Below are positions 32,217 through 41,882 of a stretch of 64,000 bases of DNA, piece by piece. The stretch is from Paramoeba atlantica (lineage: Eukaryota; Protista; Discosea). The notes under the pieces were generated by a model, which worked only from the letters and a program-made list of their open reading frames with translations, ran no database searches and was not told where the DNA came from. A program made the position numbers and the translations under genes. Numbering within the stretch: the first letter of the stretch is position 1; each line of letters starts with the position of its first letter. The DNA is taken from NCBI GenBank assembly GCA_977017575.1, contig CDRNVI010000070.1:124001-188000 (forward strand), written 5' to 3'.

Positions 32217-33386
32217 ATGAAAGGCACATTGCAACTTTTAAAAACATTAGCGGGTCCAAAAGCAAGGTGCACCGGAGGAGCACACAGCCTAGAATGTACT
32301 CCAAAGGCAACTTCACGCGTTGTTTCCGCCAATTCTGACAAAATACGAGTCCCGCTCAAATCTGACACGACAAAGCTGCGACCAAATAAAAGTGATAAAT
32401 CCACCGAAAGAGACACGAACGCCAGTTCAGCAGCCTCGTCCACAGAAATAGCTGCTACACGGCGTCACTTTGTCTGGACACCGCGCAGCCGCATTGATTA
32501 CAGCGTGTTTATTTCCAGTTCAAACTCAAAACGCCAAGATCGCTCCGCGAATCGTACTGGCTCAGCAAGGGAAGATAATGAAGCGGTCCAAGACGCTGCA
32601 AACTCCACATCAGGTGAGGAGGCAAGACCTGATAGTCAAGTTGAAGTTTATCAGTCGCATCAGGAGACGCCACCCCCAGTTGCATTGTCTCGTTTACCTA
32701 CCTTTGAAGCTTTCGACGAGAAGACTGTTAAACTGGGCACTCAGAATACTTGTTTATCATTGGCGATGACCAAAGAGAAAGAAAAGAAACAGATGGAGGT
32801 CAGAAAAGCGTACCTAAGGGGTGCCGAGGCTTTACGAGATAGTCAAGACCTTTATATTTCGATTGTCAATGAGGTACGATCCCGACCGTGGGTCACACTC
32901 TTTGGAGAACTTCCGGCTAGTAAGTTCGCTGTTTTCGCAAAGGAGATGCAGCAGCACGGAGATTACTCACAGCATTACCTCCGCACGCTTTGGAGACAGT
33001 TGCCACCAATACAACGTAAGCCATATGTACTTGTGTACGCTTCTGCACAGAAGAAAAAGCTTTACTCTTCGAGACTTGTGCGAGGGTCCAGAATAACGGC
33101 GAAAGCACTTTTTCTGCGAAGCGGGATCGTTCATGTCTCTCAGCAACCGGAGTTTAAACGAACGGGATTGAAAGTCCGCATCATGATGCTTCAGCAAGCA
33201 TGGTCCTACGGTGAAGTGCCGCGAAAGGTTGTGGAGCACTTCGAAACATTAGCAAAGAGTCATAGAGAGCTCATCACTAGGAATATTCATGAATTGGTTC
33301 GCATAAGAATCGGTCAGGTACTAGAGATTCGCAAACAAGAAGAGATGGCAAGCGAACGTGAATGCGACAGAAAAGAGTTATCGTAA
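32217..33386 (+). CDS. Basic protein with degenerate HMG-box-like repeats; possible kinetoplast/mitochondrial DNA-binding protein
   Basis: PASKFAVFAKE...LRTLWRQLPPIQRKPY fits an HMG-box pattern; second weaker box; presequence-like N-terminus. Confidence 0.55.
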   Translation: MKGTLQLLKTLAGPKARCTGGAHSLECTPKATSRVVSANSDKIRVPLKSDTTKLRPNKSDKSTERDTNASSAASSTEIAATRRHFVWTPRSRIDYSVFISSSNSKRQDRSANRTGSAREDNEAVQDAANSTSGEEARPDSQVEVYQSHQETPPPVALSRLPTFEAFDEKTVKLGTQNTCLSLAMTKEKEKKQMEVRKAYLRGAEALRDSQDLYISIVNEVRSRPWVTLFGELPASKFAVFAKEMQQHGDYSQHYLRTLWRQLPPIQRKPYVLVYASAQKKKLYSSRLVRGSRITAKALFLRSGIVHVSQQPEFKRTGLKVRIMMLQQAWSYGEVPRKVVEHFETLAKSHRELITRNIHELVRIRIGQVLEIRKQEEMASERECDRKELS

Positions 33387-33824
33387 AAAAAAATCAACTC
33401 TTTTTTTACCTTTGCGTGCCCTGTTCTGTATGCATTTCAGGTGCATTCAGTTATGATATCACGAACTAATATTGCCCGAAATTAATATGCATATTTAAGA
33501 ATACAAGCATCTCCTTTTACAGCTACTATCCTCCGCTCTACTTTGAAATAGTGTAGATGATAATGAGCGATCACTGTTTGTTGCTTCGCTTAAAATTTAA
33601 GGGAGTAAGAGGGACAAAATGATTCGGTGGTAAATAGAACAAATTTTCATTCTTCATCTCAATTATACTTTACTGTGCACATATTTTGCGATGCAAAAAT
33701 ATCCAAATTCATGGAAAGCTTTGACGAAACACCGATTGTAGGCATGACAGGTGAGGCATGTACAATGCTCGCGCATGTTATTGTTGGAATTGCGATGGAC
33801 ACGGTCGAATTGTCTGCCAAACTT

Positions 33825-33847
33825 CATAGCTGTCATTCGACGTCGAA
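33825..33847 (+). repeat. Left terminal inverted repeat
   Basis: Exact reverse complement of 37291-37313. Confidence 0.95.
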
Positions 33848-34006
33848 TTCGACGTCGTTCGACGGTCGAAAGGTCGAAACATTTTGAGTGCTTGTGTGGT
33901 TTCTGAAAGAATTTTTTTCAACAGAATATATGTTTATAAAATGTTTAAAAAATGTATTTGCAACCAGTCTTCTACTTTTTTGTGTTAATTTACTTCTTTT
34001 TTCACA

Positions 34007-36631
34007 ATGCACACCTCTGTTCGAGGAAGAGGGCGCATGATTCCTATCCGCATACCTTCTCCCCCAGCTCTTTCATCAGATGCAATCGTGCCAACTTTAG
34101 CTGAAGCAAATTCTTCCGAATCTGTTTCATCTACTACTCCTTCAGTTACTTCGGTTCGTGCCAAGAGAACCAATTCGGCGAAGAAGAATAGAACTGCCAT
34201 GCAGCGAGATGCTTCCACGGAAGCAGCAGATGGTCCTACCCAGAGCAGATTTGAAATTTCCGATAACGTTCCGTCAGGGAGTTATGTTCCTGTCTCAGTA
34301 CGACGAGAGTGTACCGCGAGGCTTGAAGAGGAAATGTCGTCCTCTCCATCACAACAGGCAAGCTCTGTAAGGCAAGTAGTTCGAAAACAGCTTGTACAGG
34401 ACCCAATGCGGTTTCCCCGTATTTCGACAAAATTCTTTCGTGAACGCTGCTTGGGAATGGATACCCCGCCTGGTAGAACGAAAGATTTGGAGAAGAAAAA
34501 CAAAGAGTGTCGCGAATACGCCGAGAAATATCCTCGGCCCCATCTCGTGAATACCATGGGCCAGCGGACTCACATAAAGTGTCGCGACTGTCCGTGGTGG
34601 AGTCATTCGCTCCATAACAACCATTACTATCACCATATCAATCACACTTGTTTAGTGCGCGAGGGACAGAGAATCGCAAACGAACCGGAACTTTTTTCAC
34701 TGACCCCGAACGACAATTCAATGAGTGTAAATGTTTTTGTTCGTCGCTGCGTTCCCTGTCTTGTGGCAAAGACGAACTTGTCATGCAAAGCTGCACACGC
34801 TTTACTTCGTAACTATGAAGAATTACGCCCCAAGCGAGCAAATACTGAAGAAATTCTCAATGCACTCGGCAACAATCACAGGGTCATGCGTGATTGGGAG
34901 AAGGACTTGGCCAACGAAATATGGGAAAAAATGATTTCAAAAATCGATATTCATCCTTTCTTCGGGGTAGCTGTGGATGCTGGGGTTGATTCCGTGCTCA
35001 ACGAGCACGTATTAGTAGGGGTGGTGTATGTTTCAGATGAGCAATATCTATTACCACCCATGTATCATCCGAAGCGGAAGGCATTCAACGGCAAAGAAAC
35101 AGCTGAGAGTTTGGTTAATACATTGAATTCTATTCTCGGCATTACCCTGGTACGAAAAATGAGGTTTTTAATGGTGGATGGCTGTGCCGTTAACCACGTG
35201 GCCCGTGATGAGGCAGAAGGAGAATTAAAAAGAATATATGATCGCGTTCAAAGAATTGGGGAGTCGGACTGGATAAACTTCGGAAACCGGGCCGTGGACA
35301 TGATGCCACACGTCTCCTTACTATCTTGCTTTGGTCATTTTCTCAATAACCTCGCGATGGATGCGATGAAACCCTTTCAGGAAACACCCCTTTTTGAACT
35401 TAAAAAGCTCTTCAGACAAACATTTTATGGACATGACAAGATCTGTACGAAGAAGGGGCGGTATCGTGGTGTGGCCCTAGACGTTCTTCTTGGATCTTTC
35501 GACGAAGAAACTAACAAAGCGGAACAATTTTTCACTCAATGGTATGGGGGGCTGTCTAGCAATAAACTGGACGATGAATATCAGACAGAGCTGGTGTGTC
35601 AGCTTCGCAGCAGCGTACAAATTTTGAAACAATATGCGCCCGATGAAGCTGATATAATTTTGGCGGAACTGAACGCTCAGCATGAAAATATTCCTCGCTG
35701 TCGTGACGCACTTTCATTGTATGGACCTCAAGTAATTGAAGCTGTTCGTAGAGCAAAGGATGTACACGGCATTACGGCTCCTAAGTTAGGGGGAGTTACT
35801 CGCTGGTGCCATGATAAGTTCAGCAGCATTTCCTTCTTTTCTACTCAGTTACCTACTGTTGTCGCGTTCCTGAAGCAAGAACTGGAAAACCCCCGAGTTT
35901 GTCAGTCTGTACGTAAGTGTGCGGATCTTATTGCTCGGGAAGGGGTAGATAACCTGGCGACTTCCGCAAAATATTTTCTTGAAGAACTAGCTCCTATCCA
36001 GAAAGCGTTACAAAAATTTTCGGATTTAGACGGTACGCCTTTAGCAACGGGAGTTTGGCCAACTTTAGAAAGATTACGGAAGGCTAGTCGGGTGGGAAGC
36101 TGCAGTGAAGCTTTTGAATGTGCCCTCAAGCATCACATAAATCGACTTTCAGTTCATCACAATATGAAATATTGGGAAGACGTCATGTGGTTTGCACCGG
36201 ATTTCATTGCACTACGCGCCCGGAAAGCCGGTCTCGAACCAATTCATTTCAGTCGTGCTAACGACCTTTTTCGAGGCGGTTCTCCCATTTTTCAAATTAC
36301 GGAAAATGAATGGAATGAATATGTGAATTGCGTCGACTACGAATGGGATTCGCGAGTGCACAAGTGCGAATTGCATTGGTGGCAAACAGTTGGAGTCTAC
36401 AAATACCCAGGTATACATCAAGCGGCGATACATTATTTATGGGTACCCCCTTTAGTGACGAAATGTGATTCTTGGATGTCGGTTATGAACACCAAGTACA
36501 ACTCCCGTCAATCATCCATGGGCACTCAAACAGTACAAAACTCTATGCTGTTACGGGGGAACTACGACAAACTCGGGTATCTTGACAATTTGGAACAGTT
36601 AGGATCAGCGGGAAATGGGGATTCGGTGTAA
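34007..36631 (+). CDS. hAT-family transposase, 874 aa
   Basis: BED-like CRDC...HHINHTC; VAVD324; LMVD391G; C441FGH; TR599W; C-terminal HWW..VGVYKYPGIHQAAIHYLWVPPLVTKCD821SWMS (hAT dimerisation-domain pattern). Confidence 0.85.
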   Translation: MHTSVRGRGRMIPIRIPSPPALSSDAIVPTLAEANSSESVSSTTPSVTSVRAKRTNSAKKNRTAMQRDASTEAADGPTQSRFEISDNVPSGSYVPVSVRRECTARLEEEMSSSPSQQASSVRQVVRKQLVQDPMRFPRISTKFFRERCLGMDTPPGRTKDLEKKNKECREYAEKYPRPHLVNTMGQRTHIKCRDCPWWSHSLHNNHYYHHINHTCLVREGQRIANEPELFSLTPNDNSMSVNVFVRRCVPCLVAKTNLSCKAAHALLRNYEELRPKRANTEEILNALGNNHRVMRDWEKDLANEIWEKMISKIDIHPFFGVAVDAGVDSVLNEHVLVGVVYVSDEQYLLPPMYHPKRKAFNGKETAESLVNTLNSILGITLVRKMRFLMVDGCAVNHVARDEAEGELKRIYDRVQRIGESDWINFGNRAVDMMPHVSLLSCFGHFLNNLAMDAMKPFQETPLFELKKLFRQTFYGHDKICTKKGRYRGVALDVLLGSFDEETNKAEQFFTQWYGGLSSNKLDDEYQTELVCQLRSSVQILKQYAPDEADIILAELNAQHENIPRCRDALSLYGPQVIEAVRRAKDVHGITAPKLGGVTRWCHDKFSSISFFSTQLPTVVAFLKQELENPRVCQSVRKCADLIAREGVDNLATSAKYFLEELAPIQKALQKFSDLDGTPLATGVWPTLERLRKASRVGSCSEAFECALKHHINRLSVHHNMKYWEDVMWFAPDFIALRARKAGLEPIHFSRANDLFRGGSPIFQITENEWNEYVNCVDYEWDSRVHKCELHWWQTVGVYKYPGIHQAAIHYLWVPPLVTKCDSWMSVMNTKYNSRQSSMGTQTVQNSMLLRGNYDKLGYLDNLEQLGSAGNGDSV

Positions 36632-37290
36632 CTTCTTTCAAGCTTCCGAATTACTTAATGGCTCCTGATGCGAGTCTGCTTTTTTTCTGATACGTCATAA
36701 ATTCATAACCCATTATAATATTGTTATATTGTATTACTGTATAATTATTTATGTATGGATGTTTCATGTATTGTTCGGAAACTGGTATTTTCTGGGGTTT
36801 TTTCCATGTTTTGTCTCATACTTCAGGACCATTAAGGCTAAACTTTTTCCCCACACTTAAATTTTTCTTGTATTATTGCAACGCGAGATATTTTGTGCTT
36901 AGCTATACGGCAACAGTAAACGTCATAAGCTTATACTATGATAATGACTAGTACAGTCATAATTTTCCGTATCTTTTTATTAAACTTCATTAATTACGTA
37001 TTTGAACATGTTTCAAATAAAAGGTGACGCATTTAACACGGTTAGAACTTCCTAGCGGTCTGACGAACAATCTGACGACAACCATACGTTGCTACTTTCT
37101 TATTCTCTGGTAGTCATCTATTCGTCCGAATACCATAGCAAATTACTGTAGTGAAAAGAATCCGTCGATCGAAACATTTTTTCAAGTGCTGCACATGAAC
37201 ACAAGAATCCCCCATTTTTTTCCTTCGTTCGACGTCGAAAGACCCATTTTTTCGACGTCGAAAGGCATTCGAAGACGTCGAATTGCAATT

Positions 37291-37313
37291 TTCGACGTCG
37301 AATGACAGCTATG
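37291..37313 (-). repeat. Right terminal inverted repeat
   Basis: Exact reverse complement of 33825-33847. Confidence 0.95.
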
Positions 37314-38000
37314 AAACTTAGTGTAAGTTTCAAAAGGAATAAACGAGCCAAAAATTCAAGACCTTTACAGCGTCGTGATGCTACAGAGACGCAGACATTC
37401 CCTTTACAAGTGTCAAAAGCAATAGAACAACCGGCGAAAAGTGCAAAAGGCGGAACATACCCATGAGCTGAGGGATGGCAAGAACGAAGAAAAAGCCAAG
37501 TGGAATATAAAATCAATTTACTAAATATGCGTGCGCACAATATGTATCAGCCACAATTCAAAAGTCAAATGATACATTTAGTAAAAGAGCACAAAAAGTA
37601 TCCCCCTAGCATTGAAAATATCTGTGCATCCTCAAAGCGGATCAGACTTGTTGGCGGTACGGAACAACCTGCAACGCAGCATCAGAATTTAGAAGAAGTA
37701 ATCATAAACGTCATTACGCTTGAAGATATTCGAATTTCTCATAAAGTTTTGCAACAAAGAAGGAATTTCTTTAGACAATTATAAAGTTTCGCATAGAGGA
37801 GACGTCAAAAAATAGAGGAATGCCTACTAGAGGCTAAGTTTTCTTGCTATTCTGTGATATACAGAATATATACAGTATGATAGTATCCGTGCATCGGTAA
37901 GGTTAATGCTCTACGATTTCCCATGGATATAATTTTGAAAATCATGGCCTATGTTCCCTCACAGTCCAATAGCTCTTTCCTCCTCATTTTTTTTATCTTA

Positions 38001-41000
38001 ATGGCCGACAGTCCGAAAACATTACTGAATTCGAATGAAGATCTGGGAGAGATGTGGAAACTAGTGCCTGCCTTCATAAGATCAAAAGGCCTGATCCGTC
38101 AGCATCTCTCAAGCTTTAATCACTTCATTGAACATGAGATTGCAAAAATTTTGGATGCAAACAGGGAAGTTCGACCTACTAAGAACGACAAAATTTTTCT
38201 TCGTTACTCGAAGATTCGAGTAGACCCCCCGACGGAACTTGGAAACAATACAACCCGACCAGTAACACCGCAGGAATGTCGCTTGCGTGACCTGACCTAT
38301 CTTGGTGGGATTCGAGTACTATACACGTACACTAAGCAAAGTCCTGACGGGAAGATTATAACAAAAACGGGATCCAGCCGTATTGGAGGAATTCCAATTA
38401 TGGTACGGTCACACAAATGTTGTCTCCATGGTAAACCGGCAGAACACCTTGTGCGCGCTCAAGAATGTCCTCATGACCCGGGTGGCTACTTCATAGTAAG
38501 TGGTACAGAAAAGGTGATCGTGGTGCAGGAACAACAAAGCAAGAATAGAATAATGGTCGAAAAAGATGGGTTCAACCGCATCTTTGCTACAGTGCATTCC
38601 AGCACTCACTTTAGTAAAGGTAGAGCGACAATAGTGGAAAGGAATAGACACCTGTACGTGAAGCACAACAGTCTTGATGGTTTAATACCAGTTCTTGTCC
38701 TACTGAAGGCGTTCGGTATGGTATGGGAACAAGAGATAGTTCTTAGTGTAGGAACAGCACCCGAATTCTTAGAATTTTTCGGAAATTGTATCCATGATTG
38801 CCACCAGTTAGGAATATTTACTCAAGATCAGGCGCTCAATTATCTAGGCGGTCGTTACACTCGACGTCGTGATTTGGACGAGAGAGGGTTTCCTATATCG
38901 ACAGGAGACTGCGCTGCAGAGTTTCTAGCGAAAGTCTTTCTATGTCACATTCAGGAAGGTGAGGTGTCACGCCACTGGAACTTTCGATACAAAGCAGTCT
39001 ACGTGTGTCTTATGATTAGACGCCTCATCAGTGCTATGCATGATGAAAAACTTGTAGACGATAAAGACTTTTTCGGAAATAAACGTTTCGAACTTGCCGG
39101 TACACTGCTGAGCTACTTATTTGAGGACCAGTTCAAGTTTTACAACAAGTCACTGAGAGATGAAGCTGATCGAGTACTCTCGAAGCCCAATACAGCAGGT
39201 ACGTGGGACTTTCCCCGGCATATGGAAAAATGCGACATGGAAAAAGCATTTTGCCGTGCCATATCTTCTGGCCAGTGGAAGGTTTCTCGCTTCAGTATTG
39301 ATGTATCCGGAGTGACACAGATTTTAACACGTCAATCCTACATTCATACCGTAGGGATGTTGACTAAGCTTACTTCAACGTTTGATAAAACCAGAAAAGT
39401 TACTACACCGCGTGCACTGCACGGCAGTCAGTGGGGCTTGATGTGCCCGAGTGACACCCCTGAGGGCGAAAGCATAGGTATTGTTAAGAACTTTGCTCTT
39501 CTTTGTGAGGTCACAAACGATAATGATGAGTTGAAAAACAAGGTTGTTCAGCTGTGTCAGTACCTTGGTGTCGAACTCTTAGAGTCGGTATCACCAGTGG
39601 ATGTGAATCAAGAGTGGACTGTCTTCTGCGACGGAGAAGTGATTGGAATTCACCGCTATCCAACTTATCTCATAGATCAGATCCGAGAGCTCCGACGTCG
39701 TGGACGCCTAGACTCCTTCCTTTCCATTTACCGTCAACAGAGTCAACGGGCTGTTCACGTGTCGTGTGATGGTGGACGTCTCTGTCGACCTGTTTTAATT
39801 GTAAAAGAGGGAGTGCCGGTTTTGCAGCCGTACCACTTGCAGCAACTGTCACAACGGCTACGTTCGTTTGACGATTTCGTTCTTGAAGGCATTATTGAAT
39901 ATCTTGATGCAAACGAAGAGAACGACGCACTGATTGCGGTAAATTTGGCTGATGTGACTACACGACACACCCATCTCGAAATCGCAAGTTTTCCCTTGCT
40001 TGGTACAGTTGCTGGCCTTATTCCCTTTCCTCATCACAATCAAAGTCCTCGTAACACTTATCAGTGTGCAATGGGGAAGCAAGCACTTGGAGCTCTCGCC
40101 TACAATCAACACAAGCGGATAGACACCAACGCCCTTCTCCTTGTCTACCCCCAACGTCCCCTTTGCACCACCCGAACCCTTGAGCTCACCTCCTTCCACG
40201 AACTCGGGGCCGGGATCAACGCCATGGTCGCCGTCATGTCCTACTCCGGCTACGACCTCGAGGACGCCCAAATCCACAACGGTACCGCCATCGATCGCGG
40301 CTTCATGCGGTGTGTCTCCCTACGAAAAGCCGTCACCCTGGTCCAAGAAAACGAAACCCTTCGTGTCGTCCCCCCCACCCACCCGGTACAATCCACCACC
40401 CCCGAGGTTGTGACCCCCCCGGACCACGACGACGGGGTCGTGCATGCCGGCACCCGGGTCAAACCCGGAGCCCTGCTTGCGCAGAAACTGCTCCCCACCT
40501 CCACAAGCGCGAACCCCATCGCCTCCCCGCTCCGTTTCGAGGGCCCGCAGCCCGCGGTGGTGGACCGCGTGCTGCGGGCCCCCACGGAGCCCTGTGGCTC
40601 GGTGCTCAAGGTGTTACTCCGGGACACCCGGCGCCCCGAGGTCGGGGACAAGTTCAGCTCCCGGCACGGGCAGAAAGGGGTGTGCGGGCTGATTGCGTTC
40701 CAGCCCGATCTCCCCTTTAATGATCAAGGGATGGCCCCGGATATTATCATGAACCCCCACGGGTTCCCCTCCCGTATGACGGTGGGGAAGATGCTGGAGA
40801 TGCTGTCCGGGAAGGCCGCGGTGCTGAAAGGGGGCGCCGGGGATGGGACCGCGTTCGGGGGGGATACGCTGCAGGACATGGGGAAGGACCTGGTGAGGTA
40901 CGGGTTTAGCTACCATGGGAAGGATGTGTTTTATAGCGGGATTACGGGGGAGGTGTTGCCGGGTTATGTGTTTTACGGACCGATTTACTATCAGAAATTG

Positions 41001-41375
41001 AAGCATATGGTGATTGATAAGGTGCATGCGCGCGCCCATGGTCCAACCTCGACGTTGACACGGCAACCGATGCAGGGACGGAATCGGAATGGGGGGCAAC
41101 GGCTGGGTGAGATGGAACGGGACTGTTTCGTTGGATACGGTGCCTCCATGTTGCTGCACGAACGAATGTTACTCTCCAGCGATGCTACTGTGGTGAGTGT
41201 GTGTCGTGAGTGTGGTTTTATCGGAGCTCCCGATGCCCCGTGCCCCTACTGCCACAAGACATCGAAATCGGGGAAAATCACGATTCCGTATGCATGTAAA
41301 CTTTTGTTTCAAGAATTGCAAGGCATGGGTATTCGTCCTCGCATTAAGGTCAGAAGTGCTGTTCATGGAATGTGA
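38001..41375 (+). CDS. RPC2: RNA polymerase III second-largest subunit
   Basis: KGLIRQHLSSFNHF, ECPHDPGGYFIV.GTEKVI.VQEQ.SKNRI, GDKFSSRHGQKG, MNPHGFPSRMT, IPYACKLLFQELQ; likely start at ATG 38001. Confidence 0.93.
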   Translation: MADSPKTLLNSNEDLGEMWKLVPAFIRSKGLIRQHLSSFNHFIEHEIAKILDANREVRPTKNDKIFLRYSKIRVDPPTELGNNTTRPVTPQECRLRDLTYLGGIRVLYTYTKQSPDGKIITKTGSSRIGGIPIMVRSHKCCLHGKPAEHLVRAQECPHDPGGYFIVSGTEKVIVVQEQQSKNRIMVEKDGFNRIFATVHSSTHFSKGRATIVERNRHLYVKHNSLDGLIPVLVLLKAFGMVWEQEIVLSVGTAPEFLEFFGNCIHDCHQLGIFTQDQALNYLGGRYTRRRDLDERGFPISTGDCAAEFLAKVFLCHIQEGEVSRHWNFRYKAVYVCLMIRRLISAMHDEKLVDDKDFFGNKRFELAGTLLSYLFEDQFKFYNKSLRDEADRVLSKPNTAGTWDFPRHMEKCDMEKAFCRAISSGQWKVSRFSIDVSGVTQILTRQSYIHTVGMLTKLTSTFDKTRKVTTPRALHGSQWGLMCPSDTPEGESIGIVKNFALLCEVTNDNDELKNKVVQLCQYLGVELLESVSPVDVNQEWTVFCDGEVIGIHRYPTYLIDQIRELRRRGRLDSFLSIYRQQSQRAVHVSCDGGRLCRPVLIVKEGVPVLQPYHLQQLSQRLRSFDDFVLEGIIEYLDANEENDALIAVNLADVTTRHTHLEIASFPLLGTVAGLIPFPHHNQSPRNTYQCAMGKQALGALAYNQHKRIDTNALLLVYPQRPLCTTRTLELTSFHELGAGINAMVAVMSYSGYDLEDAQIHNGTAIDRGFMRCVSLRKAVTLVQENETLRVVPPTHPVQSTTPEVVTPPDHDDGVVHAGTRVKPGALLAQKLLPTSTSANPIASPLRFEGPQPAVVDRVLRAPTEPCGSVLKVLLRDTRRPEVGDKFSSRHGQKGVCGLIAFQPDLPFNDQGMAPDIIMNPHGFPSRMTVGKMLEMLSGKAAVLKGGAGDGTAFGGDTLQDMGKDLVRYGFSYHGKDVFYSGITGEVLPGYVFYGPIYYQKLKHMVIDKVHARAHGPTSTLTRQPMQGRNRNGGQRLGEMERDCFVGYGASMLLHERMLLSSDATVVSVCRECGFIGAPDAPCPYCHKTSKSGKITIPYACKLLFQELQGMGIRPRIKVRSAVHGM
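40120..41110. other. GC-rich island with a C-to-G strand-skew switch, inside RPC2
   Basis: 35 of 50 codons end in C at 40131-40280; 33 of 50 end in G at 40776-40925 (hand count). Confidence 0.85.
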
Positions 41376-41543
41376 ATGATGTACCCTGTAACAGGATTCA
41401 AAGATCTGTCGTTGTTGTTTTGTTTGTTGGTTGGTCGTTGATATTAATATTTAGTGAGAACAATAGTCATTTGCATCACTATTCTATTTGTTTTAAGTCT
41501 AAGAGATACTTCGTCTTTGCTTTTGTTTTGTATAAAGTTTTGA

Positions 41544-41882
41544 ATGGATCCCGACCATGAGAAGTGTGTATTGGAATTCTTGAATTCTGTCCGAGATCTT
41601 TCATCTGTTACGATTCCCCTCGTGGAGTGCAAAAAAATAGATTACGATGCGCTATCAGCATCTACTCGCGCCCGCTTGGAGGCACTTAAGGCATACACAA
41701 CAGTTGTTGTATTTTTTTCATACCTTTCTGCTCGGAATATTCCTCCCGATGAATCTTTTGTGAAAGCGATGACCACTGTTAGAGAATATTTAGCACGTGC
41801 TTACGAGGCTGTAACTGCGCCACGCATGAAACTTAACCCCGATGCAGTAAAACGGTTAACGAAGGCACATATAGCAAGATAA
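41544..41882 (+). CDS. C1D: C1D/Rrp47 exosome cofactor-like
   Basis: RARLEALKAY..VFFSYLSAR...VREYL...KLNPDAVKR matches the Sas10/C1D family pattern. Confidence 0.7.
   Translation: MDPDHEKCVLEFLNSVRDLSSVTIPLVECKKIDYDALSASTRARLEALKAYTTVVVFFSYLSARNIPPDESFVKAMTTVREYLARAYEAVTAPRMKLNPDAVKRLTKAHIAR

Larger units (their letters stand above)
33825..37313 (+). mobile_element. Full-length hAT-like DNA transposon, 3,489 bp
   Basis: Perfect 23-bp TIRs CATAGCTGTCATTCGACGTCGAA (33825-33847 and 37291-37313); AAACTT duplicated at 33819-33824 and 37314-37319; single internal transposase ORF. Confidence 0.9.
33711..37784 (+). pseudogene. Unknown gene split by the transposon, with one further in-frame TGA (37464-37466)
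   Basis: Frame from ATG 33711 runs into the TSD (..GCC AAA CTT) and continues in frame after the right TSD (AGT GTA AGT TTC...) to 37784 with a single stop. Confidence 0.55.

Noticed and set aside
37464-37466. In-frame TGA as evidence of a reassigned genetic code
   Set aside because: TGA terminates several clearly intact genes here (e.g. VPS53, TrpRS, ERO1, RPC2) and Trp is encoded by TGG
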